Below are positions 19,737-30,200 of a stretch of 64,000 bases of DNA, piece by piece. Within the stretch, counting starts at the first letter, position 1. Each line of letters starts with the position of its first letter. Source of the DNA: a virus; IMG/VR virus record IMGVR_UViG_3300045912_000789, positions 96,001 to 160,000 of that record, one strand, 5' to 3'. Made by a program: the position numbers and the translations under genes. The notes below the pieces were generated by a model. The model saw only the letters and a program-made list of their open reading frames with translations. It was not told the DNA's origin and searched no databases.

Positions 19737-20249
19737 ATGGCTTCCCAGCTACAGGGTCTTGGTCAGCCGGCGAACATGCAGACGCTGGAGGCTCACATCC
19801 AGAGCGTCCGGTTGTTCATGCGTGACTTCGCCCAGCTCAACCTGCTGATCCGTGGCGAGGAGTCGTCCGACAGGATGATCGCGTGGGCGACCATGGACTT
19901 CCTGTCGAACTTCAACGGCACCCCGCCGTTCAGCACCTTCAACCTCGACGATCTCCTCTTCTCGTACAACCTCCAGCACTTCGCGGTGCGCGGGACCGTG
20001 ATCTCGCTCCTCCAGAGCCTGATGATGATCTACGCGCGCAACCACCTGCCCTTCTCGGATGGTGGCCTGAGCGTGAACTTCAACGACAAGGCGCCCCTCA
20101 TCCAGTCGATGCTCCAGCTCTTCCAGGCCGCGTACGAGCAGGACAAGCGCCAGATCAAGACGGCCATCAACGTCGCTGGTATCATGGACGCCGGCCCGAG
20201 TGGCGTGCACAGCGACTACTACGCCCTGAGTGCGATCGGATTCTACTGA
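19737..20249 (+). CDS. Putative head-tail adaptor
   Basis: 170-aa helical protein after the capsid gene with an FSDGGLSVNF beta-hairpin typical of adaptors. Confidence 0.5.
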   Translation: MASQLQGLGQPANMQTLEAHIQSVRLFMRDFAQLNLLIRGEESSDRMIAWATMDFLSNFNGTPPFSTFNLDDLLFSYNLQHFAVRGTVISLLQSLMMIYARNHLPFSDGGLSVNFNDKAPLIQSMLQLFQAAYEQDKRQIKTAINVAGIMDAGPSGVHSDYYALSAIGFY

Positions 20250-20258
20250 GGAGGCAGC

Positions 20259-20738
20259 ATGGCCTACGAAGTCTGCGTCGGAGACAAGTACCGGATCGAG
20301 GATCGCCTCAACGGCGGCGCGCGCCTCGGGCCGTTCCCCAGCAGCGGGCTGCCCATCGGCGGCCTGACCCTGATCTTCGCCGTCCCCGCGGTGACGGTGA
20401 CCTTCACCGGTGCGCTCGGGGAGGTGCGGACCTGGGCCCAGATCCTCGCCGACCTGGTCGCCCAGGCTCCGACGGTGACGTCGAAGACGCGTCCGGCGAA
20501 CAACGGCCCAGCGGGCTCGGGCAGCGCTCCCGGAGTCGTCCCGAGCAACCAGGTCGAGCTGAGGCTCTACCTGGACACCGGCATCACCATCGACAAGGAC
20601 GGCACGGCCAACACGCTGCTGCGGATCCCCACGGCCGCCGACACCGTCTACCCCGTCGCCGTCGCGCAGACCAAGATCGTGGGCTTCACCCAGGGCCTGG
20701 CGCCGACCGCGTACGCCGTCCTCATCAACCTGAGCTGA
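20259..20738 (+). CDS. Putative virion protein
   Basis: RBS GAGGAGG; beta-rich. Confidence 0.6.
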   Translation: MAYEVCVGDKYRIEDRLNGGARLGPFPSSGLPIGGLTLIFAVPAVTVTFTGALGEVRTWAQILADLVAQAPTVTSKTRPANNGPAGSGSAPGVVPSNQVELRLYLDTGITIDKDGTANTLLRIPTAADTVYPVAVAQTKIVGFTQGLAPTAYAVLINLS

Positions 20739-20751
20739 ACAAGGACTGGTC

Positions 20752-22506
20752 ATGAGCCACTACGCAGAACTGGACCAGGAGATCGTCGCTCTCGGAAACG
20801 GGGCGACTTCGGGCATCTCGCGCGCCGACGCGACGGTGTTCGTCCACGCGCTGCGCAAGCTCGCCGCGCAGGGCGCGCCGGCACCGGATGCCGACCTCGC
20901 CGAGCACGCGACCGAGGTCGCGATGGGCGAGGAGGCTTCGCCCGCCGAGGCCGCGATGCACACGCAGGCCGGGGTGCCGGACGAGAGCGGCCACCTCGAA
21001 GGCGAGTTCGCCGTCCCGCTCGACCAGGTCGTCATGACCCTCGCGCAGATCGTCTCGAACAGCATGCGGCAGCACACCGCGTACTCGTTCTACGGCGAGA
21101 TGATGCGAGATCTCGGGCGCGGCGAGCTGGCCGAGCTGTTCGACGAGCAGGGCAAGGACGAGATGAAGGAGATGAAGTACTTCCTTCGTCGGATGTCCGT
21201 GCTCCACCCGGGCGGCGTGCCGATCCCGGTGGCGCCGACGCCGGAGCCCAGCGCCGACGTCTCGGTCGCACTGCGCTACCTCATCGCCGGCGAGCAGCAG
21301 GCGATCGTCCTGTTCAAGACGCTGCACTCGATGCTCGGGGACAACCCGATGAAGTACACCATCGAGCAGACGATGACAGACGCCCAGGAGCACCTCGATC
21401 GTCTCTGGCAGTACATGCCGGCGACCGAGGCTCCGAAGCAGGCCGGCGCCAAGATCGCGAGCGTCATCACGCGCATGAAGCTCGCGGCGCGCACCGGGGC
21501 AGAGACCGCGCTCGGTCAGGCACTCCAGCAGGGCGTCGAGAAGCCCACGGCGAGCAAGCAGGCGTCGCCCCAGTGGCCCTCGCCGAGCCCCGGGGCGATC
21601 CCCGTGGGGCAGCCCGGCACTGAGCCGCTCAGCACGGTCATCGGTCGCGAGGCGCTGCTCCAGCAGGCGCAGCTCATGAACGAGAACCAGGACCTGCGTG
21701 CGCGCATGGACCAGGCCGCTCAGCAGCAGCTCATGGCGCAGCAGCAGCTCGAAAGCCTCGGCGCGGAGAACGAGAACCTCCAGATGCAGGCCATGCAGGC
21801 CAGCGATCAGGCGCAGATGGCGACCGAGCAGGCGCAGCTCTCCAGCGAGCAGGCGGCGGCGCAGGCGGACGCGAAGATGCGGCTCGCGATCCGCGTGCAG
21901 CAGCTCCGCCAGAACCTCGCCGACATCGTCTCGGCCGACCCCGTCCAGGAGGAGGGTGTCGGCTTCGGCGAGCAGGCCGGCCCCGGCAGCGTCGCGACGT
22001 CGTCGCAGCAGAACCAGATGGCCCAGCAGGCCGCCGCCATGGACCCCACCGGCGGCACCGGCGGAGCCCCCACCCAGGAGGCCGCCGAGGAACAGCAGCA
22101 GGCCGCCAACGCGCAGCAGGAGGCTCAGCAGCAGACCGCCCAGGCCCAGCAGAAGACCAAGGCGGACAGCTCGAAGCCGAAGGGCAAGGGCGGCACGACG
22201 GTCTCCGTGAAGACCTCGGGCATGCCCTCGCTCGTCAAGAAGCCGCTCGTCGAGGCGGGTCACGCGATCGGCGAGGGCATCGGGCAGCACCTCGAACAGG
22301 CCGGCAGCGACGCCATGCGCGGCGGGCTGAAGACGCTCAAGGAGCGCGTCCGCGCCTACGGCAAGGACCCGAAGGTCGTCGGCGGGGCTGCGCTCGCCGC
22401 CGGCGGCTACGTCGGCGCGAAGGCGCACGGCATCAAGAAGCAGCACGAGCGCGACCGAACCCAGAAGGACATCCTGAAGGCCGTCCAGTCGATGGCGAAC
22501 CGCTGA
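20752..22506 (+). CDS. Modular putative head protein: bacterioferritin-like four-helix bundle, Gln-rich coiled coil and Gly-zipper tail
   Basis: DEMKEMKYFLRRM...AGEQQAI...DAQEHLDRL aligns by eye with the Bfr helices. Confidence 0.65.
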   Translation: MSHYAELDQEIVALGNGATSGISRADATVFVHALRKLAAQGAPAPDADLAEHATEVAMGEEASPAEAAMHTQAGVPDESGHLEGEFAVPLDQVVMTLAQIVSNSMRQHTAYSFYGEMMRDLGRGELAELFDEQGKDEMKEMKYFLRRMSVLHPGGVPIPVAPTPEPSADVSVALRYLIAGEQQAIVLFKTLHSMLGDNPMKYTIEQTMTDAQEHLDRLWQYMPATEAPKQAGAKIASVITRMKLAARTGAETALGQALQQGVEKPTASKQASPQWPSPSPGAIPVGQPGTEPLSTVIGREALLQQAQLMNENQDLRARMDQAAQQQLMAQQQLESLGAENENLQMQAMQASDQAQMATEQAQLSSEQAAAQADAKMRLAIRVQQLRQNLADIVSADPVQEEGVGFGEQAGPGSVATSSQQNQMAQQAAAMDPTGGTGGAPTQEAAEEQQQAANAQQEAQQQTAQAQQKTKADSSKPKGKGGTTVSVKTSGMPSLVKKPLVEAGHAIGEGIGQHLEQAGSDAMRGGLKTLKERVRAYGKDPKVVGGAALAAGGYVGAKAHGIKKQHERDRTQKDILKAVQSMANR

Positions 22507-22517
22507 AGGAGACGATC

Positions 22518-24329
22518 ATGAGCCACGTCAACGATCTGGAGGACTTCGTCAACGATCTCTCCGCCCCGGTGAAGATCGCGGAGACGGACCTCGACAACCT
22601 CAGCCTCCCCGAGCTGGAGGCCCTCATGGGTCTCGATCTCACGGAGGACAACGAGAAGGTCGCGTACCTCAACGCCTGCGTGAAGAGCGCGTACGGCGAC
22701 GACCGGTACGGGTCCTGGCTCGATCAGTTCGCCGGCTCGCCGCTGCACGCGAAGGCCCTCCAGCTCTGCGAGGAGGAGCTGGGTCTGGAGCAGGAGCGGC
22801 TCCAGCGTCGGATCGAGCGGCAGGAGCAGAACCAGGGCGACGACGACATCTGGACGCGGCAGGACATGCTGCGACTCCAGAAGGACATGCTCATGCTGGA
22901 GCTGCACAAGTCGAAGGCCGGTCCCGGAGGCGGCAAGGACCCGACGATGCAGCCCCAGGCCGGCGCGGGGCCCGCGGCCGAGGCGCCCCCGAAGCCGGGC
23001 AAGACCACCCCGCCCAAGGAGGGCAAGACCGCCTCGGACGTCCAGACGGTCGGCCAGATCAACAACGGAGACCCGGCCCAGCCGTCGTGGCCTCGCGCCT
23101 CGCTCGGCGTGGACGCGGCGGGTCGGCGGGCGACCCCCGAGGAGGAAGCCGCCCAGGGGCGCGCCGACACCCACGTGCAGCACCGTGATCCCGTCACGAA
23201 GTCGGCGGGCGCGGCGACGCAGCTCGGCGAGGCCGTGATGAAGCGCATCGATCGCGCGCCGGGCGCCGTCCAGCGCGGGGTCGGGATGCTCCACAACGTC
23301 GGCGCTCGGCTGGGCGCGAAGTCCACCGAGAGCGCGGTCGGGCGCGGCATCATGGCGGCCGGCGGGGCTGCGGCGGGAGCAGGTGCGCTCGGTGCCGGGG
23401 CACTCGCCTCGCGCAAGAAGGAGTCCAGCGATCTCACAACTTCGGAGCGCGAGGACCTCAAGAAGAAGCAGTTCGCGCTGCCGGAGAAGAGGAAGTACCC
23501 GATCCCCGACGAGGCCCATGCCCGCAACGCGCTCGCTCGCGCGGCACAGTTCGCTTCGCCCGAGGAGCAGAAGCGCATCCGGGCGGCCGTCGATCGGAAG
23601 TTCCCCGGCATCCAGCTCACCAGCGCCAGCAAGCCGGCGAAGCCCACGGTCGGTCTGCACCACGTGCCCGACAGCAAGAAGGAGTCCTCGCTCCTCGCGG
23701 CCGTGGGGGGCCACCGCGGCCTCCCTTTCGGCGATGAGGGCAAGATCGCGAGCGTCATGAGCACGCTCGCGATGGATGCCGGGTCGCAGGCGAAGCACCT
23801 CGCGCGCATGGGGTCCTACGCCCGCAACGTGCAGAAGGTCCCGCACGCCGTGGTCGCCGCTCGCAACGCGGAGATGCGTGCGTTCACCCCGAAGGCGCTC
23901 CCGACGGCCGCCGCGGCAGCCACCCACACCCCGCCCCCGGTCGCAGTGACGGTGGCCAAGAAGAAGACCCCCACGCAGGCGATCGACCCGATGGCGCTGT
24001 CGCGTCATCTCGCCCAGACCAACCCCCAGCAGGCCATCCAGGCCGGGCGGCAGTTCGGGGCGCCGGTGGTCGGCAACGCGGCGGTGCTCGATCAGCTCTC
24101 GCAGATGAGTTTCGGCAAGCTCAGCGTGAGCAAGAGCTGGATCACTCGCGTCATCCGGCGGGCGAAGGCCACCAAGCTGCGGGTTCGGGACTCCGCTCAG
24201 AAGCATGAGGCAGCGTGGTGGGATCACCGCGTGAAGGGGACCGAACTCACGGACGCGGCCAAGAAGCGCGGCTTGGCTGCTGACGAGCTAGCCGACAAGT
24301 TCAAGAGCATGAAGGGAGCCATGAGCTGA
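22518..24329 (+). CDS. Modular putative head protein with DUF6582-like domain
   Basis: LTTSEREDLKKKQFALPEKRKYPIPDEAHARNALAR; many K-x-A/S motifs. Confidence 0.65.
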   Translation: MSHVNDLEDFVNDLSAPVKIAETDLDNLSLPELEALMGLDLTEDNEKVAYLNACVKSAYGDDRYGSWLDQFAGSPLHAKALQLCEEELGLEQERLQRRIERQEQNQGDDDIWTRQDMLRLQKDMLMLELHKSKAGPGGGKDPTMQPQAGAGPAAEAPPKPGKTTPPKEGKTASDVQTVGQINNGDPAQPSWPRASLGVDAAGRRATPEEEAAQGRADTHVQHRDPVTKSAGAATQLGEAVMKRIDRAPGAVQRGVGMLHNVGARLGAKSTESAVGRGIMAAGGAAAGAGALGAGALASRKKESSDLTTSEREDLKKKQFALPEKRKYPIPDEAHARNALARAAQFASPEEQKRIRAAVDRKFPGIQLTSASKPAKPTVGLHHVPDSKKESSLLAAVGGHRGLPFGDEGKIASVMSTLAMDAGSQAKHLARMGSYARNVQKVPHAVVAARNAEMRAFTPKALPTAAAAATHTPPPVAVTVAKKKTPTQAIDPMALSRHLAQTNPQQAIQAGRQFGAPVVGNAAVLDQLSQMSFGKLSVSKSWITRVIRRAKATKLRVRDSAQKHEAAWWDHRVKGTELTDAAKKRGLAADELADKFKSMKGAMS

Positions 24330-25240
24330 TGCTGCCCATCGAACGGCTCCGGGTGCGAAGCCTGGACGTGGACTCGAACGAGGTCACGTGGGGGATCGCA
24401 GGATCTTCCATGGAGGACGCGCTCGACTACACGTTCCAGGTCTTCCGCTCGGAGTCGCCCGAGGGCCCGTTCGAGCCGATCACGCAGACGTTCGAGGACC
24501 GCTACATCTTCGTCGACCGGCGTCTCCCCGCCGGCGACAAGTTCCGCCAGATCTGGTACCGGCTGCGCGTCACGAAGAAGGGTGGCCAGACGCCGGTCTT
24601 CGAGGACTTCGGCCCGGTCTGCCGACAGGCCGAGCCCGATCTCGTCGCGAACTACATCCGCCGCATGGAGCTGACGCTGTTCACGCAGGCGACGGCGCGG
24701 CTCTGCTGGCTGTTCAAGCGGCGGACGTTCGGAGCCCGCTGCCCGTCGTGCTGGGATCCGGTGAGCGGCAAGAAGGCTCGGGCGAACTGCCTGACCTGCT
24801 ACCAGACCGGCTTCCTCCGAGGCTACCTCAACCCCATCGAGGTCTGGATCCAGATCGATCCGGCCGCGAAGGCCCAGCAGAACCAGGGCCAGCAGGCCGC
24901 TCAGCACACCGCGACCACCGCCCGAACGTCGTTCTACCCGAACATCGTGCCGGGCGACGTGATCGTCGAGGCCGAGAACAAGCGCTGGCGCGTCGACAAG
25001 GTCACCCAGTCGGAGCGCCTTCGTACCCCGATCAAGCAGGAGCTGGTGCTCCTTCAGATCAACGACACCGACATCGAGTACAAGCTCCCGATCAACCTGG
25101 ACGAGGCGCTGCGCGACATCCAGCCGTCGCCGCCTCGGATGTTCACGAACCCCACGGACATCCAGTCGTCGATCGACGAGCGTACCCCCGACGTCTTCGC
25201 GAACTACCGCACGTACCCGCGCGGTCCCCTGGAGGAGTGA
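24329..25240 (+). CDS. Putative neck/head-closure protein with Zn finger
   Basis: FN3-like N-terminus; RCPSCWD...NCLTCYQTGF; GDVIVEAENKRWRV beta-barrel. Confidence 0.55.
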   Translation: MLPIERLRVRSLDVDSNEVTWGIAGSSMEDALDYTFQVFRSESPEGPFEPITQTFEDRYIFVDRRLPAGDKFRQIWYRLRVTKKGGQTPVFEDFGPVCRQAEPDLVANYIRRMELTLFTQATARLCWLFKRRTFGARCPSCWDPVSGKKARANCLTCYQTGFLRGYLNPIEVWIQIDPAAKAQQNQGQQAAQHTATTARTSFYPNIVPGDVIVEAENKRWRVDKVTQSERLRTPIKQELVLLQINDTDIEYKLPINLDEALRDIQPSPPRMFTNPTDIQSSIDERTPDVFANYRTYPRGPLEE

Positions 25241-25830
25241 TGCGATCCGAAGCACCGAGCGAGAAGAGCTACCACCGCGCCATCCACCGGCGCGACGTCG
25301 CCGAGGGCGCGGCCAAGGGCGGGCTCGTCGGGGCGGTCGCCGGGGCCGGCCTGAAGCGCCTGGGCCACAAGGCGGGCCCGCTCGCCGGCGCGGCCCTGGG
25401 AACCCTCGTGGGCGGGGGAGCTGGGCATCTGAAGGGCAGGGAGCGTACGCTTCGGGACACGACCACCCAGGAGCGTCAGCACATGCGCACCGAAGCACGA
25501 ACGAAGAAGAGCAGCGTCGAGGACGCCTTCATGCAGGGCTTCGAGGACGGGATGGCGAAGGAGGCCGTCCTGCCCGCGCTCGCGGCGGTCGGTGCACGCG
25601 TCGCGCCCATGCTCGCGCGGGCGACGCCGATGCTGGCGAACCTCGGGCGCTCGCTCGTGGGCGGCGGCATGCGTGCGGCGAACGCCGTGGGCATGGGCCA
25701 GATGGCGACCGATCTCGTCCGCAAGGGCGTCCGCTCGTCGCCGAACTTCATGCGCAACGCCGGCATCGCCGGCATCGGTGCGGGCGCGGCCGGGCTCGCC
25801 GGCGCCGGGTACATGGCAGGACGAAGCTGA
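25240..25830 (+). CDS. Gly-zipper protein (putative internal/ejection protein)
   Basis: GGLVGAVAGAG, GAALGTLVGGG, GIAGIGAGAAG; AFMQGFEDGMAKEA. Confidence 0.6.
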   Translation: MRSEAPSEKSYHRAIHRRDVAEGAAKGGLVGAVAGAGLKRLGHKAGPLAGAALGTLVGGGAGHLKGRERTLRDTTTQERQHMRTEARTKKSSVEDAFMQGFEDGMAKEAVLPALAAVGARVAPMLARATPMLANLGRSLVGGGMRAANAVGMGQMATDLVRKGVRSSPNFMRNAGIAGIGAGAAGLAGAGYMAGRS

Positions 25831-26387
25831 TGGATCCGGTCTTCGACACGTTCGGGGAGAAGGTCGCGGCGCTCACCCCCATGGTGCGCCCCGGCCTCCT
25901 CGAACGTTCGCAGTTCAAGCTGATGCGGACCCGGGCGCCGAGCGCGCCCCGGGCTCCGATGCCCGGCACCTTCGGGATCTCGACGAAGACCGCCGTCGGG
26001 GTCGACGACATCAGCACTGTCGTCCACGAGGATCCACTGCCCTCGACGCACAAGGGCCTCGCTCGGAAGAAGACGGCCATGGTCCACCCGTCGATGCAGG
26101 CGCCGTCCGAGACGATGACCCGCGAGAAGTGGAAGCAGACGTTCAAGGACGTCCCGATCTCCATCCTCGCCGGCGGCGTGGGCTACGGCATCGGCCGGAC
26201 GCTCGCCGAGGTGATCGGCGAGAAGACCGTCGGCAAGATCATGGTCGAGGGTGGTGGCACGCTGAACGCCACGATGCGACCTGGGTGGGTGAAGGCCATG
26301 CCGTTCGTGACGGCAGCCCTCACTGCCGGCGGCGCGTACGCCGGCAGCCGGCTCCGCGAGGGGCTGAAGAAGCGGAGGGAGGGGTGA
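25830..26387 (+). CDS. Putative internal virion protein with two hydrophobic helices
   Basis: VFDTFGEKVAAL, TKTA and KKTA motifs. Confidence 0.6.
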   Translation: MDPVFDTFGEKVAALTPMVRPGLLERSQFKLMRTRAPSAPRAPMPGTFGISTKTAVGVDDISTVVHEDPLPSTHKGLARKKTAMVHPSMQAPSETMTREKWKQTFKDVPISILAGGVGYGIGRTLAEVIGEKTVGKIMVEGGGTLNATMRPGWVKAMPFVTAALTAGGAYAGSRLREGLKKRREG

Positions 26388-27208
26388 GCGCGACGACCCC
26401 CACGACTCCCGAAGGACCGCTCGTCGGACGAGGCGTCTTCGCTCCGTCTTTCGAGGTCGTGCGCCATGTGATCTCGTTCCTGAAGTGGCGCTTCTCGAAG
26501 TTGCCGCAGGGTGCCTACCGCTACGATGCCGACGCGGAGGGGCCCGAGCAGAAGAACAGCGAGATCTACATCGGCGCGGACACACCGTACCGTCCGGAGT
26601 CGATGGGCAAGCGCCCCGCGATCACGGTGCTGCGCTCGCAGCTCGTGGGGGCCGGCGTCGGACTGGGCGACCTCGCTTTCGTGGATCTCGCGACCGGGGC
26701 CAAGGTCCGCATGGACATGTACCCCACGAACATCATGATCAACGTGCTCAGCACGGAGCCGGTCGAGGCCGAGGGGATCGCCTGGTTCATCCTCCGCGAG
26801 ATCTCGGCGTTCCGCGACGAGATCTGCAAGGAGTCGAAGGGCCTGATCCTCTACATGGGGACCAGGCCGATGGTGTCCCCGCCGTCGCCGGCGGGATCGC
26901 TCGTCGACTCCCCCGAGGTGGAATGGACGGCCGTCGTGCTGTCCTACCCCTGCTACATCCAGGAGCAGGTCACGATGCTGCCGCTCAACCGGCCGATCGT
27001 GCAGGGAATCGACGTCACCGCAACCACCAGCCCTCCGGCCGCTCCCGTCGAGCCGGCGGTTCAACTACAGGGGACGGCGGTACTTCAGCCGCCCCAGACG
27101 GGCTCGGACCGCGCTGCTGCAACGGGTGCTGGCGCGGATCTTCCACAGACGGGCCAAGACGAGGCACAATACAGCGAGCCTCTGACGGTCAAGATCCAGA
27201 CCCGCTAA
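26384..27208 (+). CDS. Putative tail completion/terminator protein
   Basis: GTGA overlap; directly upstream of the sheath gene; RPAITVLRS motif. Confidence 0.5.
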   Translation: MSATTPTTPEGPLVGRGVFAPSFEVVRHVISFLKWRFSKLPQGAYRYDADAEGPEQKNSEIYIGADTPYRPESMGKRPAITVLRSQLVGAGVGLGDLAFVDLATGAKVRMDMYPTNIMINVLSTEPVEAEGIAWFILREISAFRDEICKESKGLILYMGTRPMVSPPSPAGSLVDSPEVEWTAVVLSYPCYIQEQVTMLPLNRPIVQGIDVTATTSPPAAPVEPAVQLQGTAVLQPPQTGSDRAAATGAGADLPQTGQDEAQYSEPLTVKIQTR

Positions 27209-27220
27209 GGAGAACAGCAC

Positions 27221-30200
27221 ATGGCCAGCCCCACCATCGAGAGGCCCAGCGTCCAGGTCATCCAGGAGTTCCGGACCGTCAGCCCGACCATCCTCGTCCC
27301 CACGATGCCCGCGTGCGTCATGGGTCCGTGCGTCCAGGTCGTGGAGGCGGTGCAGGACGACGGGAGCCTGAACCCCGAGGCCCGCATCGCGCTCCCCGCG
27401 CGCATCCCCTTCGCCTTCGTGTCGTCGCCGTTCGAGTACGCGGCCATCGGCACCGACGCGCTGGAGGTCAGCGTCAACAACGCCGCGGCGGAGCAGGTCG
27501 TGTTCCCGACCGGCCCGAACCTCACGGTCGATCAGGTCGCCGACGCGATCAACGAGGAGGCCATCCCCGGCCTCCTCGCGGTGGTGGAGACGAGCGGCAC
27601 GCAGAAGCGCGTCGTCATCTACACGACCGTGACCGGCGAGAACGCCTCGCTGGAGATCGGCGCGGGCACCCACGCCGACGTCATCGCGGCCTTCGGGATC
27701 ACCCGTGGGTACCGGAACGTCGGTGCGTCCGGCTACAACAACTACTGGGCGCTACGCCTGGGCAAGCCGGACTACCCCGATCCGCGCGACATCATCGACG
27801 AGGTCACGATCGACTTCGACACCGTCCGCCTGTTCATCAACGACGGGTCGGGCACGGTGCGCGAGGCGCTGCGCACCGAGTCGTTCCTCGACGGCGCGAC
27901 GGCGGCGGTGACCGTCCAGGACGACGGCGACGGGGACAACCTCTCGCCGTACCTGAACTTCGCCGGCGCGGTCTTCCACGACAAGCCGGCGCAGCTCGTC
28001 GGCACGGTCGACTGGACGACCCTCACCTACCCCGGCGACTTCGGCGTGCTCACGCTGGAGATCATCATCAACGGCGTGACCGTGGTGGTGACCTTCGCCA
28101 ACCCGGCCGACGCCACCGCGGCGGCGCTGGCCATCAACACCGCGCTCGGCGTCAACGGCACCTGCGTGCTGAACGGCTCGAACCAGCCGGTCATCACGTC
28201 GGCGATCACCGGCGCCGGTTCGTCGGTCGAGATCGGCGCCGCCGGCACCATCAACGAGGCGACCATCGGCCTGGCGGTGGGCTCGTACGCGGCGGGCCGC
28301 CCGAGCCGTGCCCGTGCGCAGGGCATCACCGACCTCACGGCGGTGGTCTACGCGTCGGACGTGCAGGGCCGCGTGCTCCGCATGAGCGTCGACGGCGAGC
28401 AGTTCCAGCAGCTCGTGATGCCGGTGACCGTCGTCTCCGCGGCGACGCTCGTCTCGGCGATCAACGCGCTCTGGGGCAACATCGCGAGCCTCAACGGCGC
28501 GAACCGGCTTGTGCTCCGCAGCCTGGCCACCTTCGGTGGTCGGGAGTCGGAGATCCGGGTCGACAAGACCGCGTCGGACGCCACGCTCCTCACGGCCATC
28601 GGCCTCACCGGCGTCAGCGCGCCGTTCCAGACCGTGAGCGTCGTCTACGGCAACGCTTTCTCGCCGCTCGTCGGCGACGAGGTGTGGGTCAACGGCGTGC
28701 GCGTCGGCGAGATCACGGAGGTGCCGGCGACCCCGGACAACCGCCTCCGCCTCAGCGCCGAGCAGCTCCTGACCTACACCGGGTCGTCCTGGATGATCGT
28801 GGCGAAGGGCCTCGACAACAGCGCGGCCACGGCGACGCGGCCCTCCAGCGATCTCCGGGTCGACGTGACCTCGGGGGCGGTGCGGACGAAGCACAACCTC
28901 TTCCGCGAGTCGAACGGCACGCCGACGAACGTCGGGCCGCTCGCGACGTACCTGGCGTACAACGCGCTCCGCAAGGACGTGTCGCCCGCCGGCACGGACT
29001 TCAACCTCCTCCGCTTCGGCACCACGACCGATCTGGAGGCCGCGCTCGCACCGCTCGACACGCAGAACCCGCTCGGGCTCGGGATGTACTTCGCCCTCCT
29101 CAACGCCCCCGGCGTCGAGGTGACGGGCCTGGGCGTCGACGAGACCAGCGACACCGAGCCCGAGGGCTCGCTGGCGAGCTACGTGCGCGCCTTCGAGTAC
29201 CTGGAGTCGAAGGACGTCTACGGCATCGCGCCGCTCACGCACGCGAACGCCGTGGGCCAGGTCGGCCAGGTGCACGTCGACGAGCTGTCCAAGCCGGAGA
29301 ACGGCCTGGAGCGCATCGTCATCCTCAACCCCTCGCGCCCGACGCGGAAGGCGGACACCCTCGTGGCCTCGGCCGCGACGGCGAACGTCGCCGGCCCGCC
29401 GACGAACGTCGTGAACACCGGCATCGCCGATCTCCAGGCGAAGCTGGCGGCGCTCGGCAAGCCCGGGCCCACCTACGTCGAGGCGGACGGCGTCTACCTC
29501 AAGTTCGAGGACGACGAGAACCTCTACCTCATCGAGTCGGTGAGCGGTCCGAACGCGACCGTCAACGACGGCCCGCTGAGCGCGAGCAACACGCTGTTCA
29601 AGGACGGCGGGGGCTCGCCCCTCTTCACCACGGCGATCGTCGATCGCCCGGTGTCGGTCTTCATCCTCGGCGGCAGCCTCGGCAGCCGCACGGACGAGGC
29701 CGACGCCTATGCCGCCATCGCCCGCGGCTACCTCGACCGCCGCGTCATCTGCACGGCGCCCGACACCGCGAAGGCGTCGATCGACGGGCTGGAGACCCAG
29801 CTCGCCGGCTACTACCTCGCGGCGGCGCTCGCCGGCAAGATGTCGGCGGTCTCGCCGAGCCAGCCGCTCACGAACGAGACGCTCGCGGGCTTCACCGGGG
29901 TCATCGGGTCGCAGGACCGCTACTCCGAGATGCAGCTCAAGATCCTCTCGGGCGGTGGGCTCTGGGTCTTCTACCAGGAGGCCGACGGGCAGCCGGTGAA
30001 GACCCGCCACCAGCTCACGACCGACATGACGTCGATCGAGAAGCGAGAGACCAGCATCACGCGGGCGCTCGACTTCACGGCGAAGTTCATCCGGGCGGGG
30101 CTCAAGAACTTCATCGGGCGCTTCAACATCACCCAGAACGTCCAGGACGCGATCTCGATCGTCATCGACGGCCTCGCCGCGTTCCTGATCCGTCAGGGCG

